A DNA stretch of 57,071 nt, counting the filler, from Squatina squatina (taxonomy: Eukaryota): assembly GCA_031763465.1 (NCBI GenBank). It is 3 parts of 3 records of this genome, joined end to end, with 100 filler letters (N's around TTAATTAATTAA, not from the genome) between each part and the next. Parts side by side here need not be neighbours in the genome. Positions count along the whole stretch, not along the records: positions 1 to 13,423 come from JARFOE010000004.1; 2 more parts are not named here. One strand, given 5' to 3'. Under the pieces are notes generated by a model. It worked only from the letters and a program-made list of their open reading frames with translations, did no database searches and was not told where the DNA came from. Positions 1 to 12,108 of this stretch are shown in pieces; within the stretch, counting starts at the first letter, position 1, and the number at the start of each line of letters is the position of its first letter. A program made the translations under genes and the position numbers.

Positions 1-512
1 TGTTTCTATGACTTGTATCTACATACCAAGGTCCCTCTGCTCCTGTACTCCATTTAATTCTGATAATTTGATGGTGCACTTCCCTATTCCAAAATCTAAC
101 ATTTTTAATTACATTAATATTCAACCCATTATATTGATTCATAATATTCCTGACATAGAGATTAACCATAATAGAGAAAGAGACCTTCCTCAATTCATTA
201 AGATAGTGCTCCCATTTATACCAGGCCTAGCACTTGATATTAAAGTATTCATTATAAAATAACACCCAGTGTAATAACATGACTAATTATAAATAGCAGA
301 GTTGACTGAGAATAATGCCACTAACTTCTGAATTTTTGGAGTTTGATGCTTTACAGTTAAAGGGGAAAGCCATTGAACTGTTCAAATATTGCTCTATGGA
401 AATAGAGATTTGTGATTTTAAAGGCAGAGTCAAAAACTGCAACATTCTCTGCAAGGGATGAACTGCCTGACATTGAGAATCATGTTATATGCCATGCCTG
501 TGGCAATGCAAA

Positions 513-1394
513 NNNNNNNNNNNNNNNNNNNNNNNNNNNNNNNNNNNNNNNNNNNNNNNNNNNNNNNNNNNNNNNNNNNNNNNNNNNNNNNNNNNNNNNN
601 NNNNNNNNNNNNNNNNNNNNNNNNNNNNNNNNNNNNNNNNNNNNNNNNNNNNNNNNNNNNNNNNNNNNNNNNNNNNNNNNNNNNNNNNNNNNNNNNNNNN
701 NNNNNNNNNNNNNNNNNNNNNNNNNNNNNNNNNNNNNNNNNNNNNNNNNNNNNNNNNNNNNNNNNNNNNNNNNNNNNNNNNNNNNNNNNNNNNNNNNNNN
801 NNNNNNNNNNNNNNNNNNNNNNNNNNNNNNNNNNNNNNNNNNNNNNNNNNNNNNNNNNNNNNNNNNNNNNNNNNNNNNNNNNNNNNNNNNNNNNNNNNNN
901 NNNNNNNNNNNNNNNNNNNNNNNNNNNNNNNNNNNNNNNNNNNNNNNNNNNNNNNNNNNNNNNNNNNNNNNNNNNNNNNNNNNNNNNNNNNNNNNNNNNN
1001 NNNNNNNNNNNNNNNNNNNNNNNNNNNNNNNNNNNNNNNNNNNNNNNNNNNNNNNNNNNNNNNNNNNNNNNNNNNNNNNNNNNNNNNNNNNNNNNNNNNN
1101 NNNNNNNNNNNNNNNNNNNNNNNNNNNNNNNNNNNNNNNNNNNNNNNNNNNNNNNNNNNNNNNNNNNNNNNNNNNNNNNNNNNNNNNNNNNNNNNNNNNN
1201 NNNNNNNNNNNNNNNNNNNNNNNNNNNNNNNNNNNNNNNNNNNNNNNNNNNNNNNNNNNNNNNNNNNNNNNNNNNNNNNNNNNNNNNNNNNNNNNNNNNN
1301 NNNNNNNNNNNNNNNNNNNNNNNNNNNNNNNNNNNNNNNNNNNNNNNNNNNNNNNNNNNNNNNNNNNNNNNNNNNNNNNNNNNNNNNNNNNNNN
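513..1394. other. Large assembly gap (N-run); most other gaps in the window are fixed 100-N placeholders
   Basis: Run of N from 513 to 1394. All X-filled ORFs in the ORF track come from reading through gaps. Confidence 0.99.
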
Positions 1395-3629
1395 ACTGAA
1401 CCCATTTAGTACAAAGCCCAAGTGGGTAGTTCTCCACAAAAGGGATTACTGCCCTCTGTAGTAACTCTCCATTTTTCATTTGAAAAACTTCCTCAAATGT
1501 GACATTTAAGGCAAAAGTTTCCAAACTCCATACCACAGGCAGTTCATCAAGGTATCATCAATGAAATCAATTGGCAAAAAATTGAAGGCCATTCATCTGT
1601 CTGCTGCGTGCCAAAGCCCACCAATGGCACAGTGTCTTGGAAAATGTCGCCCCTATTTTAAGAAGATATGGCATAATGTAAATGCCACATTATCGACTGG
1701 GATGTGGAAAATAATTCATCATGCATGGCATGAATTCACTCCAGACTTCATTACTGCACACATCAAAATATTATTCCATATCTAACATAAATATATAAGG
1801 CTAAAATTTGCAAAGCTCTGCACTGAAAATTGAGAGTACCAAGAATCAGGTGTACTGATCTCAGCACCTAATTCCCCAGTGAGTGAGACTCCTCCCCGAG
1901 AGCAGAGCCATGAGTATTTTCCTAAAGTATTTTCAATTAAATTCCATTCATTAGTCTCATCATCTCCATGTGATTGCAACATGCATGATATTTAAATGTT
2001 TGCTTTAATTGAAGGTGGTTACTGTTGAAGATTTCTCTGGATAGTGCATATCCAAAAGGTTTCCAGTCTTCCATACTTTAAAGATAGGGGCCCTGAAATT
2101 CCAGAGGGATTTCCATTTTCAGCCATTTATGGCATTTCTCAAGGGGTTTCTACCAGAGATATGATGGGCAACTAATGGTAGCCCCATGGAATATCCAGGC
2201 TAGAGTCTTTAGAAACCATAATGGTAAATGTAATGTGCCTCTTGAAATGTGTCAAGGTCTTGCAAGAGAATTAGACAGTAGTGTGCTCAGAAATGGGAGG
2301 TTCTCAAAGGGCTAAATAGACGTTTCGATACTCACATTATCCACAAAGCCGGGCTAAAGTGCAGTTTATTTCTTGTGCCTGTTAGATACCACATGTATCT
2401 AAAATACCTTCCATTTGGATTTCTTTTCTTTTTTAGCCATATAGTAANNNNNNNNNNNNNNNNNNNNNNNNNNNNNNNNNNNNNNNNNNNNNNNNNNNNN
2501 NNNNNNNNNNNNNNNNNNNNNNNNNNNNNNNNNNNNNNNNNNNNNNNAGATGAAGGATGCCAATGCCCAAAAAACTGGGCGTTGTCACCGCTAGTTTTCA
2601 GGCTCATCAGCCTTATCGAGTTTTCCAGCGGGCAGCCATTTTGGGTGTTGCACCTACTGATGACATCACTGAGGGCCTATAACAGCTGAACGCTGAGTTT
2701 TTAGTCTTAAAGCTTTAACGGCCATTTAGCGCCAGCGTTAAGGGGGACGAATTTCCCAGCGTTAAAGTTAGCGCCCAAAATCAGCATTAAGCCATTAACG
2801 CCAATTTTACACTAGTTTAATGCCGAAAAAAGGACGAATTGGGCGCCTCTGATGTGTTGTGAATGCATGAATATGATTATGTAAATAAAAAGAATATTGC
2901 TCATAAAATGTAGCTTTGAGTTCCTATTCTTTTTCCTACAGAGCCCATTGGATTTGATATATTTATAGAAGAGGTCCTAAAACTGGAATGTAAATAAAGT
3001 GGACTTACTCAGACATTTGCACACACATTCTGTAACATCACAGAAAACATGATTTCTTCTCACAGAAATGAAAAAAATCAAGACTGATCTGCTCTTCAAG
3101 ACTCAAAACCATTTAAATTATTTAGGTAGGGTTCATTGGTGAGCAGTGCAGTTGTTAGGGAAATGGTTGCTATTTAGTTCAAGATTTTCTCTGCTCAGAA
3201 GACAGTTGTGCGAGCTTAAGCATTGAGCACTTGCTGTTGATGCAACAGAAGTAGCCCTATAAAAATCATGTCATAGGTGTTATCATGGGTTGAATGATGT
3301 ACTGCATACTATAAATAAATTACAAAATATTTCTGGAAAATGCACAAGGCATTAAATAAAGGAAATTACATGCAATGAAACTTGTATTAATCAGAGAAAG
3401 ATTCATCAGGTCTGGAAAAAATATCTATTTGAGCAGGCAGCCATTTAAAACCACAGAGATGAGACGAAAAGTTTCACGATACAAGAATGTGTAAGATCAG
3501 GCCACTGTATATTTAAGCAAGAGTGACGATAAATTGCCAGTAATAAAAATAGTTAATCAACAAGAAATTTATTTTGAACAGGATTATTTTTGGCTAGTGA
3601 GATATTAAAATGGCTGTAGGACACCTTAC

Positions 3630-3664
3630 CTTGAAAAGGCATCATCAAGCGCATCATCCTCTTC
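3630..3664 (-). CDS. LDLRAP1/ARH-like adaptor, 35-nt penultimate coding exon (EEDDALDDAFSR)
   Basis: Minus strand ccttgcag|GAAGAGGATGATGCGCTTGATGATGCCTTTTCAAG|gtaagg, phase 0 to 2. Matches the short human LDLRAP1 exon ELDDGLDEAFSR, part of the AP-2 beta2-appendage binding motif. Confidence 0.88.
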
Positions 3665-5359
3665 CTGCAAGGAACATCAAGAAATCTTGTTAACCTGAAC
3701 TACCATTAACTAGTGTCTCATGTAGAATTATCTGATTACATTAACTTATTTTTCTACCTGTCAAGGTGAGATTTAACAGATCTTTCTTCTATTTTATGCC
3801 AAATGACAACATTAAGCACTCATGACAATTTAAATAACTTCTTCACCAAAACCACCTCAGCAATTTCAATTTTCCATCCTCTCTTCATAGCTTTTTTGAA
3901 TGCGATTGCAAATTTGTATCAACTATGTTAAATCTGAAAGTACTTTTGTGGTAATAACCCATGGGTTACTTAAGATCTTTAACTGAATTTATTCAGTATA
4001 CTGGATTCAAAGCCGTATCCATGAAATAAGGTCGACCGACCTCCTGCAGACATGTTAACTCATGGATCTTATGTCCATCCAACAACCTCACTTAAATGTG
4101 CTCTCAACTCACGGAAAATACATAGCGATACTCGAGCCAGAGAGTGAGTGAGGGTCTGGGTAATTGAAACTAGGTTCAAATCACTCACATTGGCAGTTAA
4201 CCAATTGTAGTATATTTACCAAAATAGATTTTGGTTTATTGTGAAATTGAACGCACATATTGGGCAGTCAACCAATCAGAGCCCCTCTTACTGGAGATTT
4301 GTTTAATCAAGCATGGTATCAGAACATCGCATTAACATTGGCAGTGACTATGATTCAAATCAGAAAAAGCAGGCTTCATGAGCCAGTAATTAAAAAAAAA
4401 TACATTTTGGGGGATATAATCCTTGTGAATAATTAAAAGGTCATCCTCTGATAACTCTGGTGGTTTAATCATTGTGAATGCCAGCACCAATTTGACAAAA
4501 ATGTGCTTTAGTTAATTTCCAAATTTTGACCTAAATTATCAATTTCAGAAGAGTTTAAATTGTTAAAAAGCATCATAATTTCTATACAACTTCAAAAAAA
4601 TTCACAGAAGCATGTGCAAATAAAAAACATTGCCTTGTAAGGAAAGACATTCTTCTGCCTTCATAAATGCTTAAAATCCAAGAGCAGCCAAGGCCTTGAT
4701 CCCGTGAACCCTGACTGGGGCTCTGCTGGAGACCTTATTAGGCAGGTCCCTTACTTACAAGTATGGGAGATGATATCTCACATTTCAATACTTAAATGTT
4801 GACATCTCTGGTCCTATCATTTATTACAATAACAGCACAGAAACTGTTTCATGTGTTTAAAACACTTAGCTGAAGTTATGGAGAGCATGGAAATCTTAGG
4901 AGTCACCACAGTGAAGTTTTCCTTTGGAGCACTAAACCCGCAACCCACAATTACCAGCCAATCAGTAAAACAAACACATTCAGATGAAACACATCAGTAG
5001 AGCAAAAGCTGAACCCTGCATCGCACCCAATCCCCCAAACAGGTCATTTATATTGTAACTCATGATTAAATAACTGGACTGGAATTTCTCCATCCCACCC
5101 CAGAAAACTGAACAGCAACATTCTAATCTCCCTCCTACCTCACTGAGCAGCAAACTCTCATTCAATCAAATTAGAGTATAAATCTATTGAACCCCAGCCC
5201 ACCTCAGCACAGGAACATTGCAGCTTCCTCTAATCGCCCCCCACACTTAACAGGATTCCCCCAGGAAGTTGCCCCTCAGAATTTAGCTTCTCCTCCATTA
5301 TGGAGCATCTCTTGATCCCCTAATGAGGAATAGTTTGTCCTACTCAACCTCCCACTGGG

Positions 5360-5553
5360 TCTTTTTCAGCCTCTCCCATTCCCTCCTTCTCTATTCTCTC
5401 CTCTCCCCCTTCTTTTTTCCTCTTCTACTCCCAGCCCCACTTCCCTCTCCCCCTCATCTCTCTTCCTCTCCTCTCATTTCCTCTCTCCTCTTCCCCTTAT
5501 CTCCCTATCTCCTTCATGTTTTTCACGCTTGCATAACCCCTCTCCTTCCGACT
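5360..5553. repeat. Pyrimidine-rich (CT) low-complexity tract
   Basis: Almost pure C/T on the + strand, running into a gap. Confidence 0.8.
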
Positions 5554-6428
5554 GNNNNNNNNNNNNNNNNNNNNNNNNNNNNNNNNNNNNNNNNNNNNNN
5601 NNNNNNNNNNNNNNNNNNNNNNNNNNNNNNNNNNNNNNNNNNNNNNNNNNNNNNCAGGAATCTGCAGCTTATCCAGATGGCCATCTGGCTGTATGAGGCC
5701 ACTGTAAGCAAAATCCTGAATGCTTGTTAATCCTTTTTGCATGCAGATTACATAAGGCATTTCTAATACAAGGCAAACCTGCATGCTAAACAGACTGTTT
5801 TCCAACACTGATGTCAAAAAAGACATCAGACAATGTGAGCCAGTAAAGTCAACAGTAAGAAAAGATTATAAGCCGGCCTATGCTGTTTACATAAACATGT
5901 ACAGATGACTACAAAGCTGCACCTACAGTAGATATACTATCCCTCAGCGCAGACTGTAATCCAACCACACATTGGTTGGAGTAGCCCAGAGGGCCATTAA
6001 TGGTGTCTATTTTTATCCAATATGCAGCATTTTAGCCTCAAATATTTAGGAATGGAAAAACATATTATCAATGTTCATGTAGTACAATGAACTTCTACTA
6101 AAAACATAAAATCATCATTATTAAATAAAGCTGTTAAAAAGACAATTATACAACATACCCAAGAGAGTGCATGTAAAGGGGACCCACAAGATGGACTGTT
6201 TTGCCTTGTGATACCTAGATGGATATCGGGTGGTGAAATAAATGGATTCTGGACTTGGTTTATTGTGTGATGCTTTGCTGTGGCTGCATCTAAAAAAATA
6301 TCAAAAATAATACAAAAACCATTTTTTTTTTTTAAAGTTCAACAATAAAACTTGCATTACAACAACACAACTATTAATATAAATGAGATGAACTGTGATT
6401 ATTTAAGAAAGGACGTCTTACTCTTTAC

Positions 6429-6509
6429 CTTGCTCGACATGTCCTGTTGCTCCATTAAGAGCTGCAGTTTCGGGACCATTACAGGATTCACCTGGCTTTT
6501 TACATTTTT
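6429..6509 (-). CDS. LDLRAP1-like, probable post-PTB linker exon (KCKKPGESCNGPETAALNGATGHVEQ)
   Basis: Minus strand ctttgtatttccag|AAAAATGT...GAGCAAG|gtaaag. 81 nt, open in phase 1 to 1, positioned between the PTB exons and the DAFSR exon. Sequence is divergent, so the call rests on splice sites, phase and position. Confidence 0.6.
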
Positions 6510-6595
6510 CTGGAAATACAAAGAAGAATGAATATTATTCAATGTTCTAAGATAGATGTTACCATATTTTACCACGATAACCATTTGCTGATTAC

Positions 6596-6976
6596 AACAA
6601 CAACTTGTATTTAACTAGCACCTTTAAAGTAGTAAAACATCCCAAGGTGCTTTACAGGAGGGTTGTAAGAAATTTATTTTTGCAACAAGCACATAAGAAA
6701 TTCGGGCAGGTGACCAAACGCTTGGTCAAAGAGGGAGGTTTTAAGGAGTTTCTTAAAGAAGGAGAGAGGTAGAGAGACTTAGGGAGATAATTCCAGAGCT
6801 TGGGGCCCTGGCAGCTGAAGGCACAGCCACCAATGGTTGAGCGATTATAATCAGGAATTCTCAAGAGGGTAGAATTTGAGGAGTACAGATATCTCGGGGA
6901 GGTTGTGAAGCTGAAGGAGATTACAGAGATAGGGAAGGGCGAGGCCATAGAGGGATTTGAAAACAAGGATGAGAAT
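6596..6976 (-). mobile_element. L2-clade LINE 3' fragment
   Basis: Minus translation STIGGCAFSCQGPKLWNYLPKSL resembles the L2 ORF2 C-terminal GGRAFS..P.LWN.LP motif. Ends in a (GTT)n-type tail. Same family at 10720-11115 and 49655-49903. Confidence 0.8.
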
Positions 6977-7760
6977 NNNNNNNNNNNNNNNNNNNNNNNN
7001 NNNNNNNNNNNNNNNNNNNNNNNNNNNNNNNNNNNNNNNNNNNNNNNNNNNNNNNNNNNNNNNNNNNNNNNNNNNNAGGAACAGTAGCTACACTCGTTAA
7101 GTCTGCCTCTTTGATAATGTACCTCCTATTTCCTCCAAATTCCCAAATTACACCCATTAGGTTACACATAATTTCTGAATCTTTGTATGATCCTCTTTCA
7201 GAGCCAGTAATCCATTGGTCATTTGGTAAATACTCATCATCTCCAAACCAATGCAAGCTAACTTTCTCATAGTTTGTCCCAAATTCTCTCTCAATGTCAA
7301 CACCTCCAATTCTATATTTGCATTACTCAGATTTGGCAAAATATTGGTCTTTTTCATTTCACCTCTTGTCAGCTTATCACAATGCCTTTTATATCAGCCA
7401 TTAGACTGAGAATCAATTTAGCAATGAAAAAAAGACAAAGATTTGAAGGAATGTAGAATAAAGATTACCAAATGTGAATGAATGAACTGTGCAAAATTAC
7501 AATACAAATGAGTCTTGCTGCAAATGACTGCTTAATTTAATGAAATAAATTTGATATCATTCAATTTCTTGCTTAATTTACTTTGGATATTGACAGCTTT
7601 ACACAACAGCTGACTTGTCACTTCACTTGACAAAGAGATCACTTTCCATTACTTTAAAATAAGATTTACTTCAAGTATCTTCATTAATTGTGAGAAAGAA
7701 ACATGAATCTCCTGCTGATTACCTTGAAATAATATTTCAATATTAGACTTGGAAACTTAC

Positions 7761-7875
7761 AATTTTTTTCTTCGGACAAAGAAATGCATGGCATTCCAAA
7801 GTCTCGTTTAGCTGAGTCTGAGCAATATATGCAAAGACCTTGTCTTGAGTCTTGTCTGCAGTGCAGTATGATATT
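7761..7875 (-). CDS. LDLRAP1-like PTB-domain exon (ISYCTADKTQDKVFAYIAQTQLNETLECHAFLCPKKKI)
   Basis: ttccaacag|A ATA TCA TAC ... AAA ATT|gtaagt. 115 nt, phase 2 to 0. Closely matches human ARH ISYCTADKMHDKVFAYIAQSQHNQSLECHAFLCTKRKM. Confidence 0.95.
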
Positions 7876-8375
7876 CTGTTGGAAGAAAATAGCATTAAGC
7901 AAATGGACTTGAACATGATTTAAGGTCAATGGCACTTTTCTGAGTTACAACTTTCATCACTATGAAAGTTAGCAGATTTTTCTTTTGTACAAAAGTATTA
8001 CATAATCCAATTTAAGGGACTCTTAAATGGGACATTATTTTCAATGCAAGATGCTCTCCACAACATTTCAGTGATAACAGCTGGGATAAAATTAGTCAGA
8101 AAATTTGTGACCAAAACAAAAAGATCTGAGTCCTTTTTTTCTTCAGATGTTTCGGATTATGAATGCATGATTGTATTCAAATAAAGTGGACATGAGAAAG
8201 GCATTCGGGGGTTATATCATCCACAAGTCTCATTTCCAAAACAGATATTTGTAATGATAATACTATTCATTACAATGAAGAGTATTTTCTTTCCATTTTA
8301 TTCACAAGTTGACAGGAAGAGAGATACAGCTCAGAGGTCACTAACTGTGTCACATGTAACACTAAACATCTGATT

Positions 8376-8474
8376 GACCGCTCCTTTCCCAATAACCTCT
8401 GATTGATCACTCCTTTCCCAATATCACCGACCGCTCCTTTCCCAATACCACCGACCGCTCCTTTCCCAATATCA
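8376..8474. repeat. Minisatellite, about 24-bp unit (GACCGCTCCTTTCCCAATAYCACC), truncated by a gap
   Basis: Four visible copies of the CTCCTTTCCCAATA core before the N-run. Confidence 0.9.
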
Positions 8475-8994
8475 NNNNNNNNNNNNNNNNNNNNNNNNNN
8501 NNNNNNNNNNNNNNNNNNNNNNNNNNNNNNNNNNNNNNNNNNNNNNNNNNNNNNNNNNNNNNNNNNNNNNNNNNAGACCCCATGCCTAACATTGCTCACA
8601 TAATATCCAAAGAGAAATATAAACATGTTTTGATGTTAGAGTAAAAGTTAGCTTTTATTAGATACAAAATTGTTTCCTTTTCTTAAATCAATACTATTCT
8701 GCTGTTGATATTTTAAAAAGATAGTAATCACAAAAACAATGCTAGTATTGTTAGCAGTTGCTAGGACACTGCTTCAATGCAGTTCATGGATGTTTAACCC
8801 TTGTATTTGATCCTCAGATGGCCAACAGCATTATTTCTACTAATCTGCACTTCTAGTAATATTGGGTTCTTCCTCAAAATTAACTTTTTTTTCTTTAAAA
8901 TGCCCACCTTAAAAATATTCACATTAGATGTTTGGGAATTTTTAGCATCCAAATTCAAAACAATAGCATATTATCACAAAGCAGTTTAAATCTC

Positions 8995-9260
8995 AAAATA
9001 ATGAAATACTGCAAATGCTAGAAATTCTCAAAGTCAGGCACAGTGTTTGTGGAGAGAAGTGATAAGTTAACATTTCAGGTCTAACCCTTCATCTGAATGA
9101 ACAACACAAGAAGGAACCGGCGAGGGAAGGGTGGAAGAATATATATGCACAAAAAAAATAAAAGGACTGCAGTGATTAGGTGAAGGACAGGGGCTGGTTA
9201 ATTGACAGAAATGATAATAGTGTAAGACAAAATGAGGCACAATGAGAGAAATAAAAGACA
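8995..9260 (+). mobile_element. Interspersed repeat fragment (AAATACTGC..ATGCT.GAAAT family, possibly Penelope-related)
   Basis: The same motif recurs at about 13205-13423 (+) and 22935-23060 (-). Class assignment is tentative. Confidence 0.5.
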
Positions 9261-9678
9261 TAGACAAGAAAATGTGTTCATAGTTAAAGCAGTTGAGTTG
9301 AGTTGGAGATGGCAATGGGCGGGGTGGGGTTGGGGGAGCGGGGTGGAGGGATGCCTTGTAAACCTGGCAAAGCGGTGAAGGCTCCAGTGACCCAGGAGAC
9401 GGGCGGAAGGAAAAGGAAAATGAACACTAGGGCTGCAGATCAGCCCAGCCGGTGGTGTACCAACAGGAAATCCCCATCCCAAGCATCAACCTGTTCCTTC
9501 CCACCGGTTGGTCTGTGAACAATGCCAGGGGAAATCAACTCAATAAATAATAAGAACAATCAGTTCATCCTCATATTACACAAAATAAGAATAAGGTAAA
9601 ATGTAATGTAGAAAAATAACAAGTTAATTATAAAATCATCGAATGATGCAGTGTGGCCTGCTAGATTAAGGACAGTAC

Positions 9679-9791
9679 CTGTAGATGGACACATTTTCTA
9701 TGAGTTCATTTGTTATCGTGTCTTGTAACATTATCCCCCGAGGTGAAACTGTCAGGGTAACTTTGAGGAATTTCTTTCCACTTGCTTTGGC
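9679..9791 (-). CDS. LDLRAP1-like PTB-domain exon (AKASGKKFLKVTLTVSPRGIMLQDTITNELIENVSIYR)
   Basis: gtttttag|GCCAAAGCA...ATCTACAG|gtactg. 113 nt, phase 0 to 2. Matches human ARH AKASGKKLQKVTLKVSPRGIILTDNLTNQLIENVSIYR and splices in frame to 7875. Confidence 0.95.
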
Positions 9792-10719
9792 CTAAAAACA
9801 ATGAAATTAAAAATGGCAATTACTTTAATGTAACAGTAGGCTACTGAAAGGATAAGTAATTAGGTATTCTAATTAATATACTCCATAATATACACATTCC
9901 CAGTTAAAATTTTACATATTATGTGGAATCTATATTTTTGTGCAAGGTGCGAGAAATTGTTGCCTTGTGTCGTAATGATGTACTGCAATAGAATGTGACA
10001 CTATGGGTTTTATACAATAACGACTTAACTAAAACTGGCAGTGTTAGATGGACTCCAACTTTTATTACTTAACATAATGCAGTTGTCAAGTACAGCAGTA
10101 TATATTGATAGTAACAATCATCTACAATGGGAAAGATTATATAAATGCAAGTAATACATATCATTTCCAAATGGAAGCCAAATATAATATTACAGTGCTC
10201 ACTACAGTGTGCATAATTACTGTAGTTGATTCAGAAATGCATATGACAGTTTCAAACCCATGGTAGTAACTACTTCCCAAATAGTGCATTGGTGTGTTTT
10301 TTTTTAAAAAGGCAATTAATGAGGCATTAACTTGCTAAGGATGATTCCATCAACACCAGATGCAGATGCTCTCTGGTGCTTTGTCCCAAGTGCCCATTTT
10401 TCCCACGTGAGCCTAAAGTGAGTACAGGCTGGTTATTTGACCATAGGTGGCATCACATGATACCAGACTTCTTATCACCCTATGCTCACATGTTCATTTT
10501 CCAGTTGGAATAACTGTGTAGCACTCAGTAATGGAAACTCTGTCTGTTTTCTTCCTCCTTAATGGGAGTGCACCGAGGGTTGCTGCGACATACCAACTGC
10601 TGCCCTACTATTAAGCATTTCTGGTCAATCAGTTGAATCCTGCGGCTACCAAGAGATTGCATTACGAATTTCACTTTTTATGCTCATCCAGATGATGTGT
10701 GCTCCCAGTCCAGTAACAG

Positions 10720-11115
10720 TTTGATTTTAAAGTTCTCATCCTTGTGCTCAAATCCCTCCGTGTCTCTGACCTTCCCCATCTCTGTAACCTCTTCCAGCCC
10801 TAAAACCCTCAGATTTTAGCTCCTCCAATTCTGGCCTCTTGAGCATCCCCGATTTTTGTTGCTCTATCATTGGTGGCCGTGCCTTCAGCTGCCTAGGCCC
10901 CAAGCTCTGGATCTCCCTCACTAATCTCCCGCCTCTCTACCTGTCTCTCCTCCTTTAAAGGCGCACCTGAAAACCTACCTCTTCGACCAAGCTTTTGGTC
11001 ACCTGTTCAAATACCTCCTTATGTGGCTCTGTGTCAAATTTTGTCTGATAATGCTTCTGTAAAACACCTCGAGATGTTTTACAATTTTAAAGGTGCTATA
11101 TAAATGCATGTTGTT
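10720..11115 (+). mobile_element. L2-clade LINE 3' end
   Basis: Reverse-complement copy of the 6596-6976 family (attggtggccgtgccttcagctgcctaggccccaagctctgg...gctatataaatgca..ttgttt). Confidence 0.8.
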
Positions 11116-11181
11116 TTTCCATTTTATAAAAGCCTGACTGCTCACACTTCAGCAGCTTCTTTGGCTCACGTTGCTGCGACA

Positions 11182-11240
11182 ATGGCTGCTCCTGTTCGTA
11201 GACGCAAGCCTTTTTCCGATGGGGAGCTGGAGATGTTGGT
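11182..11240 (+). mobile_element. Start of a Myb/SANT-like ORF, probable Harbinger relic (MAAPVRRRKPFSDGELEMLV), cut by a gap
   Basis: R..FS..ELE.LV is the typical N-terminal motif of Harbinger-associated Myb/SANT-like proteins. Only 20 codons are visible. Confidence 0.45.
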
Positions 11241-11340
11241 NNNNNNNNNNNNNNNNNNNNNNNNNNNNNNNNNNNNNNNNNNNNNNNNNNNNNNNNNNNN
11301 NNNNNNNNNNNNNNNNNNNNNNNNNNNNNNNNNNNNNNNN

Positions 11341-11455
11341 GCTGCCATCCCTTCTCCTTTTGGCTGGTCCACTACAGTCACACCAAGGTATTTAAGGTGA
11401 AAGACCATCCCTTCCTGTAAGGTTTCCTTTGTGTCGGTCCAGTTTTCTGGCAGCT
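11341..11455 (-). CDS. LDLRAP1-like, first PTB exon (LPENWTDTKETLQEGMVFHLKYLGVTVVDQPKGEGMA), 3' end lost in a gap
   Basis: cttaccttccag|AG CTG CCA GAA AAC TGG..., phase-1 start. Matches human ARH KLPENWTDTRETLLEGMLFSLKYLGMTLVEQPKGE. Confidence 0.95.
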
Positions 11456-12108
11456 CTGGAAGGTAAGAGAAAGAAAAGTTGTTTTATAAAAGAAAGAGTT
11501 GCATTAAGACTTTTCTTGTCTCATCTGTCAAATGTCCCAACATACTTCATATACAATAAATTACTTTGAAGTAAGTAGGCACGTGTAGTAGCTAATTTAC
11601 ATACAAGATCCCTAAAATAACAATTGGATGAACTATTTTTTTTAAAATTCACTCAGGGTATGAGCATCATTCACAAAACCAGCATTTATTGCCCATCCCG
11701 AGTTGCACTGCAGAAAGTAGTGGGGGGCCTTCTTGAACCACTGCAGTCTTTGTGGTGAAGGTATGCTGTTATGTCGGGAGTTCCAGGATTTTGATGCAGC
11801 AACAATGAAGGAACGGCAATATAAGTTGGGATTGTGTGCGACTTGGAGGGAAACTTGAAGGTGATGGTGTTTCCATGTATCTACTACTCTGGTCCTTTGG
11901 TGGCATTAAGGGAAGAATGTTGTTCAAGAGATTTAGGGCGGCCAATTCGTGTTTTGAGTGCTTCTAATGCTAAGCACCAAATTTCACGCTGGGAATGGGA
12001 CTCTTTGANNNNNNNNNNNNNNNNNNNNNNNNNNNNNNNNNNNNNNNNNNNNNNNNNNNNNNNNNNNNNNNNNNNNNNNNNNNNNNNNNNNNNNNNNNNN
12101 NNNNNNNN

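Noticed and set aside
412-1536. Long ORFs of 300-370 aa in the ORF track
   Set aside because: They consist almost entirely of N-derived X residues. The same applies to all other gap-spanning ORFs.
8376-8474. Regularly spaced direct repeats that could be mistaken for a CRISPR array
   Set aside because: Head-to-tail minisatellite without unique spacers, in a vertebrate intron, with no cas genes.
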